Assembly (NCBI GenBank): GCA_037138475.1
Contig: JBAXII010000008.1
Coordinates: 8-64,007 of the forward strand
DNA: 64,000 nucleotides
Origin: a bacterium
GTDB taxonomy: Bacteria; Patescibacteriota; Microgenomatia; UBA1406; GWC2-37-13
Direction of reading: 5' to 3'
Position numbers and translations under genes: made by a program. Below are positions 51,567-60,934 of the stretch, in pieces (the first letter of the stretch is position 1; every line of letters begins with the position of its first letter). The notes under the pieces were generated by a model, which saw nothing but the letters and a program-made list of their open reading frames with translations, did no database searches and was not told where the DNA came from.

Positions 51567-52869
51567 CTTGTGAGAGTGCTGCTACCTTGTTTCCGAGAGC
51601 TACTGCATAGTTTGTCCCCCGATCATAGGGATACGTCATGTCCAGGTTTGCTACAAAAAAGTTTTTTGATGAAGTTTTAAATGTGGGGATTGATGATACA
51701 AACTCCTTATCAAAGATGGGCTGAGCAAAGTGTGCTTTGAAAGAAAACGTGTTTGTGATGACAAAGTCTGTCTGAGCAATTTCTTTGAGATGTGGAGTAT
51801 ATAGGTCCATCAGCTCCGCAGTGCTCATGCTCAATAGTTTGTCTGTGGGCTCCAAGTAGTTTCCGATATACAACAGGTGCTTGCCCCCATAGTGCACACT
51901 GTCTATGTAGTTTGTGTGTTGAATCACCACGAGCCCGGGGATCTCGGGCACACACAATGATAGCCAGTAGGTGTCTTTGAGAATGGGTTTATTTGTCTCA
52001 AGGATGAGGGTCATAGCCGAGAGGTGCTTGAGGCCTGAAAACCGGTCCTTCTCTTGTTGGTTAAAGAGTGTTCCACAGACCTTACCCATGGTGGGGGTGG
52101 GAAGTGTTGAGATAAGTTTGGTTGCGTGGATTGGCGTATCAGATTTGTCATATATGATCTCATATCCCTCACCCACCTTTGTGGCACTGGTAATGGTAAC
52201 TCCGGATAGAAGGGTGACTTGTGAGTTTGTTAGGGATCGAACCAGCGTGTCTATGAGCGATTGAAACCCCCCTTGCGGATAGCCTAGGGATTTGCTCCGT
52301 TTGTTGATGCGCGTCCATATAAACGAGGCGAGAATATTTTCCGCATATTTACCGTATTTTTTCCTCATTAGCTCTCCAAACAGGGTTTCGTATGCCTTCT
52401 CCCCTACTGTTTTTCGCATAAAATCAGCGAGGGTGAGCTTCTCATAAATAGTGGAGATAAAGGGCGATATTTTGAGGACCGCAAAAAGTATTCCCACCCT
52501 AAGCCTGTCAAACATATTCAACAGGGGAAATCTGAGTAAGTCGAGTGGGGTATCAAGCGCAAGTGATTTGAGCTTTCCACCCACCCTATACAAGCTGGCC
52601 GTGATGGGCGCGCGAAACTCCATGGGGTGATTGAGTTCGCGTGCGAGGTCTAGGATATCTGTGTCACTCTTAAACAAGTGATGATATGCATACTCGAGGG
52701 ACCAGTCCCACCCTGGAGCTTTGAATCCACGGGCAAGTCCTCCCAGCGTCTGCTCCTTTTCGAGCAGGATCACTGATTTGCCCTGCTGTGCAAGTCTATA
52801 TGCAGCAACCAGGCCAGTGATTCCTCCACCGAGAACTGCCACGTCATAGGACTTTGGTGGTTGGGTCAT
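51556..52869 (-). CDS. FAD/NAD(P)-binding oxidoreductase (amine oxidase / phytoene desaturase-like fold)
   Basis: YDVAVLGGGITGLVAAYRLAQQGKSVILLEKEQTLGGLA dinucleotide-binding motif. Confidence 0.75.
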   Translation of the reverse strand: MTQPPKSYDVAVLGGGITGLVAAYRLAQQGKSVILLEKEQTLGGLARGFKAPGWDWSLEYAYHHLFKSDTDILDLARELNHPMEFRAPITASLYRVGGKLKSLALDTPLDLLRFPLLNMFDRLRVGILFAVLKISPFISTIYEKLTLADFMRKTVGEKAYETLFGELMRKKYGKYAENILASFIWTRINKRSKSLGYPQGGFQSLIDTLVRSLTNSQVTLLSGVTITSATKVGEGYEIIYDKSDTPIHATKLISTLPTPTMGKVCGTLFNQQEKDRFSGLKHLSAMTLILETNKPILKDTYWLSLCVPEIPGLVVIQHTNYIDSVHYGGKHLLYIGNYLEPTDKLLSMSTAELMDLYTPHLKEIAQTDFVITNTFSFKAHFAQPIFDKEFVSSIPTFKTSSKNFFVANLDMTYPYDRGTNYAVALGNKVAALSQATT

Positions 52870-52878
52870 AGGTATTGA

Positions 52879-53865
52879 TTAGGTGGTGGGTGAGTTTTTG
52901 TGCTCGAGTCGGTAGGCAAGAAGCGCGTAGATACACACATAGGTGGGTACAGCGAGCAATACTCCGAGTGGGCCAGCCAATCTCAAACCTATAAAAATAC
53001 TGAGCATGGTGACGATGGGACTGATGCCTACTGCACGCTTCATGATATATGGTACAAGGAGATTGTTTTCGAGTTGTTGCACGACAAATCCCCACGCAAG
53101 TGCCGCAAATCCTACGATGGGCGAGATGCTAAATCCGATGAGTACCGCAGGGATCGCGGCTATAGTAGGTCCAAAGGTGGGTATGGCTTCCAAGAGCCCC
53201 GCGAGGACTGCAAGGGGGAGCGCATAACGAAGGCCAATCACGAGAAAACCTATATAGGATAATGAGCCGACTGCGAGCATGAGAACCAACTCGCCCCAGA
53301 ACCACGAGCTCAGTCCCTCTTCGAGGCGAACCATAAATCTGCGGAAGTGATTTTGTGTGTGTGCCGAAACATATCCATCAATGAGTGGGCTCGAGATCTT
53401 GTCTTGGGCGAGGAGATAAAATCCAAATACAAGGGTAGTGATGACGAGCATGGTATTGCTAAAGATGCTTCCAACTATGAATACTAGATCTTTGGTGAAG
53501 TTGGGTATGTACTGGGTGATTTCTTCGAGGCGTATAAGTTTGAGAATGTTGGGAGGGAGGCTGGAAAGCGTTTCGGGAAGTTTTTGGATGAATATCATCG
53601 TCTCGGTGATGATAGGGGGCACGATGGTGCCCAACACCACGCTCAAAAATGTGATAAATCCTACATATACCACCGCAGCTGAGATGTGTCGTTTTATGCG
53701 CTTTTTGTGGTGCAGGTAGTTCACTGCGGGACGGAGTGCAGACATGAGGATAAATCCAATAAGGAGTGCAAACAGCACATCTCTATTCTCCCATACTACG
53801 TACCCAATGAGAGGTATGAGGAAAAACTTCACAATAGTTCTGGTGGATATGTTGTGGGAAATCAT
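52879..53865 (-). CDS. AI-2E (PerM) family transporter
   Basis: Polytopic membrane protein with C-terminal GLLEAIPTFGPTIAAIPAV and GISPIVTMLSIFIG. Start trimmed to ATG 53865. Confidence 0.75.
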   Translation of the reverse strand: MISHNISTRTIVKFFLIPLIGYVVWENRDVLFALLIGFILMSALRPAVNYLHHKKRIKRHISAAVVYVGFITFLSVVLGTIVPPIITETMIFIQKLPETLSSLPPNILKLIRLEEITQYIPNFTKDLVFIVGSIFSNTMLVITTLVFGFYLLAQDKISSPLIDGYVSAHTQNHFRRFMVRLEEGLSSWFWGELVLMLAVGSLSYIGFLVIGLRYALPLAVLAGLLEAIPTFGPTIAAIPAVLIGFSISPIVGFAALAWGFVVQQLENNLLVPYIMKRAVGISPIVTMLSIFIGLRLAGPLGVLLAVPTYVCIYALLAYRLEHKNSPTT

Positions 53866-53997
53866 AAGTATGAAACCAATTGATGATGGCTTAGTTAGTA
53901 TACCATCGCGTGGCTTTGGTGGTGGCGGTTTATGCTCTTTTGGTGCGCAATTGAGTTGACAGCAAGGCAAAAACGGTCTAGGATAGAGCCACATTAT

Positions 53998-54516
53998 ATG
54001 GAAGAATCTGTGGATCAAATTTTACTTTCGTGGAAGGCACCCCTCCGCCCGTTTAAAAAGCAGTCGGCTGGTTTGTTGAGGTTCTTTTTGGCTGTTGCAC
54101 TGCTCCTTTCTCTCATACTCTTTTTTGTAGGTGACATGGTCACGCTTTTGCCTATGTGGGCGCTCCTTTTCCTCTTTTATGTATTTGCGATCACCCCTCC
54201 TCCCCTGACTGAGACTCACGTCACTCGTTTTGGAATCGAAAGTGCGGGGATCCTCATGCGATGGGACATCCTTTCGCACTACTACTTTGTGAAGCGGTTC
54301 GGCTATACCGTCCTGGTGACGGTGACACATGGACCGTACTTTGCTCACAGCTATTTTGTGGTACCTGACGAAACGACAAAAAGGCAGCTTATGGAGATTT
54401 TGAATAAGCACCTCATGTATATGAACCAGCCGCCACGAACGTTTACCGACAGGTTGATTGATCTGTTTTCAAAACTCGTCCCTGAAGATGAGGTAATGGT
54501 CACGCAGCCTGTGTGA
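53998..54516 (+). CDS. Hypothetical two-TM membrane protein
   Basis: LSWKAPLRPFKK, then two TM helices and a soluble C-terminal domain. Start trimmed to ATG 53998. Confidence 0.5.
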   Translation: MEESVDQILLSWKAPLRPFKKQSAGLLRFFLAVALLLSLILFFVGDMVTLLPMWALLFLFYVFAITPPPLTETHVTRFGIESAGILMRWDILSHYYFVKRFGYTVLVTVTHGPYFAHSYFVVPDETTKRQLMEILNKHLMYMNQPPRTFTDRLIDLFSKLVPEDEVMVTQPV

Positions 54517-55108
54517 TGGACTTGCCAAACACAGCTCCCGTCATCTCTGTCGCTCCCAGAAGTCTTCCCCAGGTACGCACACCTTCATCCTCTGTCACCA
54601 GTGTGGCGCCCTGCTCGACTGCGAGTAGGATCAACTGGAGATCAGCGAGACTATCTAAATATCCGGTGCGAGTGGCATTGCGATAGCGTGCACGCATGGC
54701 TTCCTTTGGTTGTTGGAGGGATTTTTGCCACTCCATCCGTGACTGGGGTGGTTGACCCATAGATGACTGGGTAGTTTTCTCCAGAATCTCCTCGGCCACA
54801 TGAAGTCCATCGAGCGAGCGTCGTCTCCCCTCAGATATATATTGGGCAAATACCGAGGCGGGGATGGTCATGCGGGATAGTTGCGGAGATTGTACGGTAA
54901 TACGCGCGAGGAACTGTTGGGCTCGCGCAAAGTCCTTTTTTTCAAACATGGTGAGGAGCTCCTCCGCTATCTCGGGAGGCATACAAAACTCTGCTCCCTT
55001 GCGTTGTATGGCTCCCTCCAATGCATCCATAACCTCAAATGGTCCCGCACCCAGGTTGATGTCTTTTTGAAAAGAGAAAAATATATTGGTGTCGATGGCG
55101 TATTTCAT
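54500..55108 (-). CDS. PIN_5/UPF0278-like protein, candidate RNA-free RNase P (HARP) homolog
   Basis: About 202 aa. YAIDTNIFF, AEFCMPPEIAEEL, and LILLAVEQGATLVTEDEGVRTWG parallel the Aquifex Aq_880-type layout (xLDTSVF ... AEFYMP ... SADEGLRxWA) as I remember it. Confidence 0.45.
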   Translation of the reverse strand: MKYAIDTNIFFSFQKDINLGAGPFEVMDALEGAIQRKGAEFCMPPEIAEELLTMFEKKDFARAQQFLARITVQSPQLSRMTIPASVFAQYISEGRRRSLDGLHVAEEILEKTTQSSMGQPPQSRMEWQKSLQQPKEAMRARYRNATRTGYLDSLADLQLILLAVEQGATLVTEDEGVRTWGRLLGATEMTGAVFGKSITQAA

Positions 55109-55271
55109 AAGCATAGTATACCGAATGTGCCCCATTTAGAGGGGGACATAGGAGGAGGTGCTGGAATAATGCGGTAAATATGCGGTTATATCCACCTTGA
55201 ATTATTGATGTTTGTGCGGTACTATACGCCTAATCGCGAAGCTTCGTCTTTGCAAAAGGAGATTTTACTCT

Positions 55272-56351
55272 ATGACAAAAAAAACCACCGCCACATCCAA
55301 CTCAATCATGTCTCAACTGATGGGGAAGAAGACCGAAAAGGCTCCCATCCTCCAGAAGAATGCTGAGATGCTTGCAGAGATCGTGGGTATAACTCGGAAC
55401 AACGTACAGTTTAATGTCGGAGGCAAGGCGCTTGCAGTCCTTGGTGATCGCGAAACTCGCGAGATCAGTACCTACCTGCCCTATCTGAAGGTGGGCGAGT
55501 CGATCAACGTCCGCGTAGTGTCCCCTGAGTGTAAAGATGGCTATCCAGTCGTCTCACTTGCGCGCTTCTTTAGCACTGGCAAATGGAAAATCCTCGCGGA
55601 TAAAAAAGCCGCTGAGGAGTCGATCGACGTCATGTGTGGCGAATATGGCAAAGGTGGAGTATTTATAGACTTTATGGGTGTCCGTGGTGTCATCCCAAAG
55701 ATCCAACTCATCCCTGAGCACATGAACTCACCTGAGAAACTGACTGGACAAAAGATCAAAGTCCGCGTCCTCGAGGTAGACGAGGTTAAAAACCGCCTCG
55801 TAGTATCTGAAAAGGCTGTCCTAAGCACTATGACCAACAAAGAGCTGACTGCTCAGTTTGGTGATGTGGCAGTCGGAGGTACCTATGACGCACTCGTCCT
55901 GGGCACTTCTGACTTTGGTATCTTCTGTGAGGTACACGGAGTCGAGGGACTCATCCACATATCTGAAATCTCATGGGAAAAGGTCACTGATGCGTCAGCA
56001 TTTGTTCGCATCGGCGAAACCATCAAGGTATATGTCGTCGAAAAGAATGATGTGGATATGAAGCTCAACCTCTCGCTCAAGAGATTGACCAATGATCCAT
56101 GGTCAAACATCGAGGAAACCTATCCAAAAGACAAGTTGTTTGAGGGCGAAGTAGTGCGCAAAGAGCGCTATGGATACTTTATCAAGCTTGCTCCTGGAGT
56201 CGAGGGACTCATCCATGTATCTAAACTCCGTGGAAATGAGAATCTGAATGTAGGACAAAAAGTCTCAGTCTATATCGAGCGCATCAACACCGCCGAAAGA
56301 CGCATGAGTCTGGTCCTCCCCGAGGCCCAAAAGCCAGTGATGTATCGATGA
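55272..56351 (+). CDS. rpsA: 30S ribosomal protein S1-like (four S1 domains)
   Basis: Repeated S1 OB motifs (GVFIDFMGVRGVIP, GIFCEVHGVEGLIHISE, GYFIKLAPGVEGLIHVSK). Start trimmed to ATG 55272. Confidence 0.85.
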   Translation: MTKKTTATSNSIMSQLMGKKTEKAPILQKNAEMLAEIVGITRNNVQFNVGGKALAVLGDRETREISTYLPYLKVGESINVRVVSPECKDGYPVVSLARFFSTGKWKILADKKAAEESIDVMCGEYGKGGVFIDFMGVRGVIPKIQLIPEHMNSPEKLTGQKIKVRVLEVDEVKNRLVVSEKAVLSTMTNKELTAQFGDVAVGGTYDALVLGTSDFGIFCEVHGVEGLIHISEISWEKVTDASAFVRIGETIKVYVVEKNDVDMKLNLSLKRLTNDPWSNIEETYPKDKLFEGEVVRKERYGYFIKLAPGVEGLIHVSKLRGNENLNVGQKVSVYIERINTAERRMSLVLPEAQKPVMYR

Positions 56352-56372
56352 CACCTTGTTTGAATTAAAATG

Positions 56373-56401
56373 CCCCTCACGAAAGTGGGGGGTTATTTTT
56401 T
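56373..56401 (+). terminator. Rho-independent terminator after rpsA (possibly bidirectional)
   Basis: cccctcac-GAAA-gtgggggg stem-loop followed by ttatttttt. Confidence 0.7.
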
Positions 56402-56424
56402 ATTGTTGTTGCGCATTATTGTGT

Positions 56425-56904
56425 CTACATGGGTGAATCAACGGGGTGGATGGAGGTGGTGGGGGCAAATAGATCACCACCATACACGTTGGACGATTTG
56501 TTGGTTGTGCTAATGGAAATCTCGAGTTCTTCCCAATTGGGGAGGTGTGGGGTGTTTTTTTGCTCAGGGTTAGTGGGTCTCCACCCCGCAGGGTGATTCA
56601 TTCTTTCTTCTACTTGTAGCAGCAACCTCTTCCCTAGAAGTTGGGCTTCTCTTTCTAACACCTGCTCGAATTGTGCATCGTACTCTTCGTTTGAGAGCTC
56701 TACGTTTTTGAGGGTTTCCACCCAGTGCTTCCAAAGAGCATTAATAGAGTTGATATTAGTAAGTGGTCCCTTTTCTCCTGGCAACCTTAATGGGTGTGTG
56801 TTGGGGCCGAGCATTCTGTGATACGCTTTGGCCACCGGGGCAATTGGTCTAGAATTTCTTGTTGACCAGTAAATAAACTCGGGAATATGTATATTCACTG
56901 TCAC
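56425..56904 (-). CDS. Hypothetical protein (159 aa)
   Basis: ORF with host-like composition. No motif recognised. Confidence 0.4.
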   Translation of the reverse strand: MTVNIHIPEFIYWSTRNSRPIAPVAKAYHRMLGPNTHPLRLPGEKGPLTNINSINALWKHWVETLKNVELSNEEYDAQFEQVLEREAQLLGKRLLLQVEERMNHPAGWRPTNPEQKNTPHLPNWEELEISISTTNKSSNVYGGDLFAPTTSIHPVDSPM

Positions 56905-57198
56905 TTCTGCCGCGGCTCCTTATAGGAGAAGGCTGCTCTCTAGCTCAGATATTGTGGGGGCTGGGAGATTGGCATCCTGAAAAGTACTATTTAGTGCTCT
57001 CAACATCACGTCTTCAGAGCTTTTCTGATTGGCTGGGGAAAAACATTCTTTTGACATTCCTATAGTATACTTGATGAAGCGAGTTTTTGTGTGATATAGA
57101 TCACGCTTGATGCTTTTTGATATGTTTAGCCTTCACTCTTACGGCTTTGAGGCGACTAGCCTCGGATGATTTATTTTGCTACACTGTGACCGCATCCT

Positions 57199-58017
57199 AT
57201 GGAACAACACGCGATCCCCCGTGATATTACCGGCTTTCAGTTCAAACTCATTGGTCCGATGACTTTGAGGCAGTTTATGTACCTCGTGGTCGCCGCTTTG
57301 TTCGGCTACCTTATGACTATGATCGTGGGGAGCATTGTCACTGCTTTTTATATAGACATCATATGTGGGCTTTTGGTCTTTGGTGTGGGGTTGGCGTTTG
57401 CATTTATACCCATAAACGACCGTCCACTCGACTACTTTCTCAAAAATCTCTATAAAAAGCTGGTAAACCCTACCCAGTTTATCTATCACAAGGAGAACCT
57501 GCCCCTCAGGGTGCTGGAGGGAATGTATTACGAACAAGATCCTCATGTCTTGTTGGCACATGTGGATAGTCGCGAAAAGCTGGCGGCATATATAGCTGCT
57601 AAAAATCCACCCCCACCTGTTGAAGTAAAAAAACCCCTCCCACTTCCTCTACCTATGAGGGGTGCAAAGCCTGTAGCGAAGGTGGGGACAGTGGCCCAAG
57701 CGGCACCACAGACTACAGCCACAGCGACACCTGCGCCTACGGGTGAGCACCCCTGGATCAGTGGAGTGGTGCAAAACCGCAAACTTATTCCGCTTCCTGG
57801 AGTCCTCATCTATATCAAGGATGTGGCGACTAAAAAGAGCCTGCGCATACTCAAAACCAATCCACATGGAGTATTTGCGTCGTTTCATCCGCTACCGCCT
57901 GGTGAATATCTCATTGAGGTGACAGACACGGGCAAGAGCTACCAGTTTGATTCTAAGACGGTGACCATCGATCCAGCCAATCACCAATTTACCTTCACCT
58001 CACGAGAGATGATGTGA
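57199..58017 (+). CDS. PrgI-like (VirB3-analogous) membrane protein with a C-terminal carboxypeptidase-regulatory-like beta domain
   Basis: IPRDITGFQFKLIGPMTLRQFMYLVVAALFGYL is the PrgI-family N-terminus. Pro-rich linker. C-terminus GVVQN..PLPGVLIYIKD...TNPHGVFASF. Confidence 0.6.
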   Translation: MEQHAIPRDITGFQFKLIGPMTLRQFMYLVVAALFGYLMTMIVGSIVTAFYIDIICGLLVFGVGLAFAFIPINDRPLDYFLKNLYKKLVNPTQFIYHKENLPLRVLEGMYYEQDPHVLLAHVDSREKLAAYIAAKNPPPPVEVKKPLPLPLPMRGAKPVAKVGTVAQAAPQTTATATPAPTGEHPWISGVVQNRKLIPLPGVLIYIKDVATKKSLRILKTNPHGVFASFHPLPPGEYLIEVTDTGKSYQFDSKTVTIDPANHQFTFTSREMM

Positions 58018-58082
58018 TTTGTGATTTCAAAATGTCGACTTGGGTTGATAGTTTGATCAGTTTTGTATAGGATATAGCACTT

Positions 58083-58730
58083 ATGCCCGCACCAAAACCA
58101 ACCAATCCAAACAAAGGTTGGACACAAAAATTTATCGAGCTTGAGGATGTGGTGGATGACATCGTCCTTTTGCATGGCAATGGAGCAGCGTGCGTCGTCG
58201 AAGTGGGCGCGGTGAACTTTTACCTTTTGTCTTCAGAGGAGCAAAGCTCTATCATCTACGCATATAGCAACCTGCTCAACTCTCTCTCGTTTCCGATTCA
58301 AATCGTTATATTGTCAAAGAAAATGGACGTGTCCAACTATCTCGAGTATCTCGAAAACAAGGTGACAACGCAGCCCCAACAACTTTTAAAAACATATTTG
58401 CAGCACTATCAAGACTACATAAAGACGATTATCAAAAAAAACACCGTGCTTGAAAAGCGGTTCTTTTTTGTCATTCCATTTAACCCTCTAGAAATGGGAG
58501 CGTCGGGGATGGGCAAACTACAGAAGGAGTATGTGGTGACTCGCGCAAAGACATCTCTGTATCCAAAGCGCGACCACCTCCTGCGCTTGCTCGCAAAGAT
58601 GGGTCTGCGTGCCACTGTCCTACACCAACAAGAGGTGGTGGAGCTCTACTACAATATTTACAACCCCTCCTCCACAGGTAGACAGCTTGCGCCGATCCCA
58701 ACCTATACTAATGTTGTCATGACCCAATAA
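58083..58730 (+). CDS. T4SS-associated protein resembling the non-ATPase N-terminal domain of VirB4/TraC-type proteins
   Basis: VLLHGNGAACVVEVGAVNFYLLSSEEQSSIIYAYSNLLNSLSFPIQIVILSKKMD follows the pattern seen at VirB4-family N-termini. Tightly coupled to the ATPase gene. Confidence 0.5.
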   Translation: MPAPKPTNPNKGWTQKFIELEDVVDDIVLLHGNGAACVVEVGAVNFYLLSSEEQSSIIYAYSNLLNSLSFPIQIVILSKKMDVSNYLEYLENKVTTQPQQLLKTYLQHYQDYIKTIIKKNTVLEKRFFFVIPFNPLEMGASGMGKLQKEYVVTRAKTSLYPKRDHLLRLLAKMGLRATVLHQQEVVELYYNIYNPSSTGRQLAPIPTYTNVVMTQ

Positions 58731-58732
58731 CT

Positions 58733-60481
58733 ATGTTTTCACTCTTTCCCCAAAAAAAATCCGCTCCGGTGGTACCCGAGAGTCAGTCTGCAGGCGCAGT
58801 CATGGCGCAGGGCCAGGTGTCTGTCAAAGATTTGATTGCGCCTTCGTTTATAGAAACAGATTACTCGCACATCAAGATTGATTCGCGATATTATCGTACG
58901 TTGTATGTGGTGGGGTATCCTCGCTATGTGTCATCAAACTGGTTGTACAACCTCATCACGTTTGATCACCCGCTCTTTGTGTCCATGTTCATTTACCCGA
59001 CCGAAAGTAAAGAGATCCTTGATGATTTGAAGAAAAAAATATCTCAGATGCAGGCAACTATCGAGATTGATCTCCATGCAGGAAAAGCGGTGGATCCTAT
59101 GGTACAGGTGCAGCTTGATGACGCTCTAGTGCTCCAATCAGAGCTTGCAAAGGGGTCTGAGCGATTCTTCCAGTTTGGATTGTATGTCACCATACCTGCA
59201 GACACCAAGGAGGAGCTTGATAACGTAACCAAAGAGGTTGACTCCTCGCTCGCATCACTACTCATCGTCGCAAAGTCTGCCATACTCGAACAAGATGAGG
59301 GATTTAGGTCGACACTCCCCATGTTTTCTGACAAGCTCAAGGTCTGGCGAAATATGGACACCACCTCGCTCGCGATGACGTTTCCATTTTCAACGGCGTC
59401 GCTTACGCGCAATGAGGGGATACTCTATGGCATCAATCAACACGATGGAAGTCTCATCATCTTTGATCGGTTTACACTAGAAAATGCAAACTCCGTCATA
59501 TTGGGTAAATCCGGAGGAGGGAAAAGCTTCTTGGTCAAACTAGAGGCGCTTCGGCTCCTCATGATAGGGGTCGAAGTGATCATTCTTGATCCAGAAAATG
59601 AGTATGCGGCCGCATGTAAGAGTTTGGGTGGGGAGTTTGTGGAGTTTTCGGCCACGTCGAGCTATAAAATAAATCCATTTGAACTACCTCAAGAGTCTGT
59701 GGAGCCTGATGATCTGCAAAATAAGATTTTGGATCTTCACAGCCTCCTCAAGATTATGATGGGCGAGTTGACTCCTGCCCAAGACGCCATGCTTGATAGG
59801 GCGCTCGTGAGCGTATATCAAAATAGAGGAATCACCCCAGACCCCGCAACGTTTAAAAACCCCGCACCATACATAGAGGATTTGTATAAGGTGTTTTTGG
59901 GTATGGAGACTACTGAGGCGGCAGAGATGGCTGATCGGCTGGAAAAATATGTGAAGGGTTCGGCTTCTGGAATATTTAACCAACAGTCAAGCTTTGATAT
60001 TAAAAATCCATTTACGGTGTTTGGTATCCGTGATCTAGAAGAAAATCTGCGTCCAATCGCCATGTATATCGTACTCGATTTTATATGGAACAGAATCAAG
60101 AAAGAAAAAAAGCGAAGGGTCCTCATCGTAGACGAGGCGTGGTACCTGATCAAACACAAAGACTCGGCTGCATACCTGCGCAACTTCGCAAAGCGATCGC
60201 GCAAATATGGCATGGGTATGACCACCATCACTCAGGATGTGGAGGACTTCCTCTCCACAGAGGATGGGAAGGCCATCATCACCAACTCATCGCTACAGAT
60301 CATATTAAAGCAATCAACAGCTGCGGTGGATAAAATCGCCGAGACCTTTTATCTCACTGGTGGAGAAAAACACTTCCTCCTTTCGGCTGGGGTGGGTGAA
60401 GGGCTCTTTTTTGCATCACAAAACCACGTAGGGTTCAGGGTGATCGCGAGCGACGAGGAGCGGCAGCTGATCAGCGCGTAA
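58733..60481 (+). CDS. virB4: VirB4/TraC-family type IV secretion ATPase
   Basis: Walker A GKSGGGKSF, Walker B RRVLIVDEAW, ITQD sensor-like motif, and an N-terminal YYRTLYVVGYPRYV..WL domain. Confidence 0.8.
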   Translation: MFSLFPQKKSAPVVPESQSAGAVMAQGQVSVKDLIAPSFIETDYSHIKIDSRYYRTLYVVGYPRYVSSNWLYNLITFDHPLFVSMFIYPTESKEILDDLKKKISQMQATIEIDLHAGKAVDPMVQVQLDDALVLQSELAKGSERFFQFGLYVTIPADTKEELDNVTKEVDSSLASLLIVAKSAILEQDEGFRSTLPMFSDKLKVWRNMDTTSLAMTFPFSTASLTRNEGILYGINQHDGSLIIFDRFTLENANSVILGKSGGGKSFLVKLEALRLLMIGVEVIILDPENEYAAACKSLGGEFVEFSATSSYKINPFELPQESVEPDDLQNKILDLHSLLKIMMGELTPAQDAMLDRALVSVYQNRGITPDPATFKNPAPYIEDLYKVFLGMETTEAAEMADRLEKYVKGSASGIFNQQSSFDIKNPFTVFGIRDLEENLRPIAMYIVLDFIWNRIKKEKKRRVLIVDEAWYLIKHKDSAAYLRNFAKRSRKYGMGMTTITQDVEDFLSTEDGKAIITNSSLQIILKQSTAAVDKIAETFYLTGGEKHFLLSAGVGEGLFFASQNHVGFRVIASDEERQLISA

Positions 60482-60485
60482 TCGC

Positions 60486-60797
60486 CTACATTGCTGCTTC
60501 AAGGGCTTTTTTATACGCATCTTTGCTTTGTGCTCCCACAAGCTGCTGGATTTGCATGCCGTCTTTATATATAAACACACAGGGGATGGATGAGACATTT
60601 TGTTGGCCCGCAACTTCTCCGTTTTGATCTACGTCAATTTTTCCAAAGGACACGGTGGTCATTTGTGTTGAGAGCTCCTCTATCAGAGGTGCTATCGCCT
60701 TGCAGGGACCACACCATTCGGCGTAGAAATCGACAAGGCAGGTGCCTTTTTTGTTTATAAATGCATCAAAGGTTTGGGTGGTGAGTGTGTGTACCAT
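60486..60797 (-). CDS. trxA: Thioredoxin
   Basis: 103 aa with the WCGPCK active site. Confidence 0.9.
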   Translation of the reverse strand: MVHTLTTQTFDAFINKKGTCLVDFYAEWCGPCKAIAPLIEELSTQMTTVSFGKIDVDQNGEVAGQQNVSSIPCVFIYKDGMQIQQLVGAQSKDAYKKALEAAM

Positions 60798-60934
60798 TTG
60801 ACCATTATATACAAGGAAGTGGTGGGGGGTGGGGTAAAATCTACATTCACCCTGAGCTTAGTCAAATTAACATTGCGCTTGCGTAAAGCCACCCCCTCTG
60901 ATAGACTATGGGCTATTAATGTAAATTCTTGATT

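Noticed and set aside
56905-57198. Possible tmRNA or other structured RNA in the 294-nt spacer (GGGGCTGGGAGATTGG resembles a tmRNA 5' end)
   Set aside because: There is no matching tRNA-like 3' end (T-arm/ACCA), no tag reading frame, and the region is too short. No SRP or RNase P RNA signatures were seen in any long spacer (807-1200, 2212-2508, 9591-9836, 41642-41884) either.
60311-60322. DnaA-box-like GGTGGATAA inside virB4, and TGTGGATCA near 54010
   Set aside because: These are isolated single matches inside or at the edge of coding sequence, far from dnaA. They are expected by chance.
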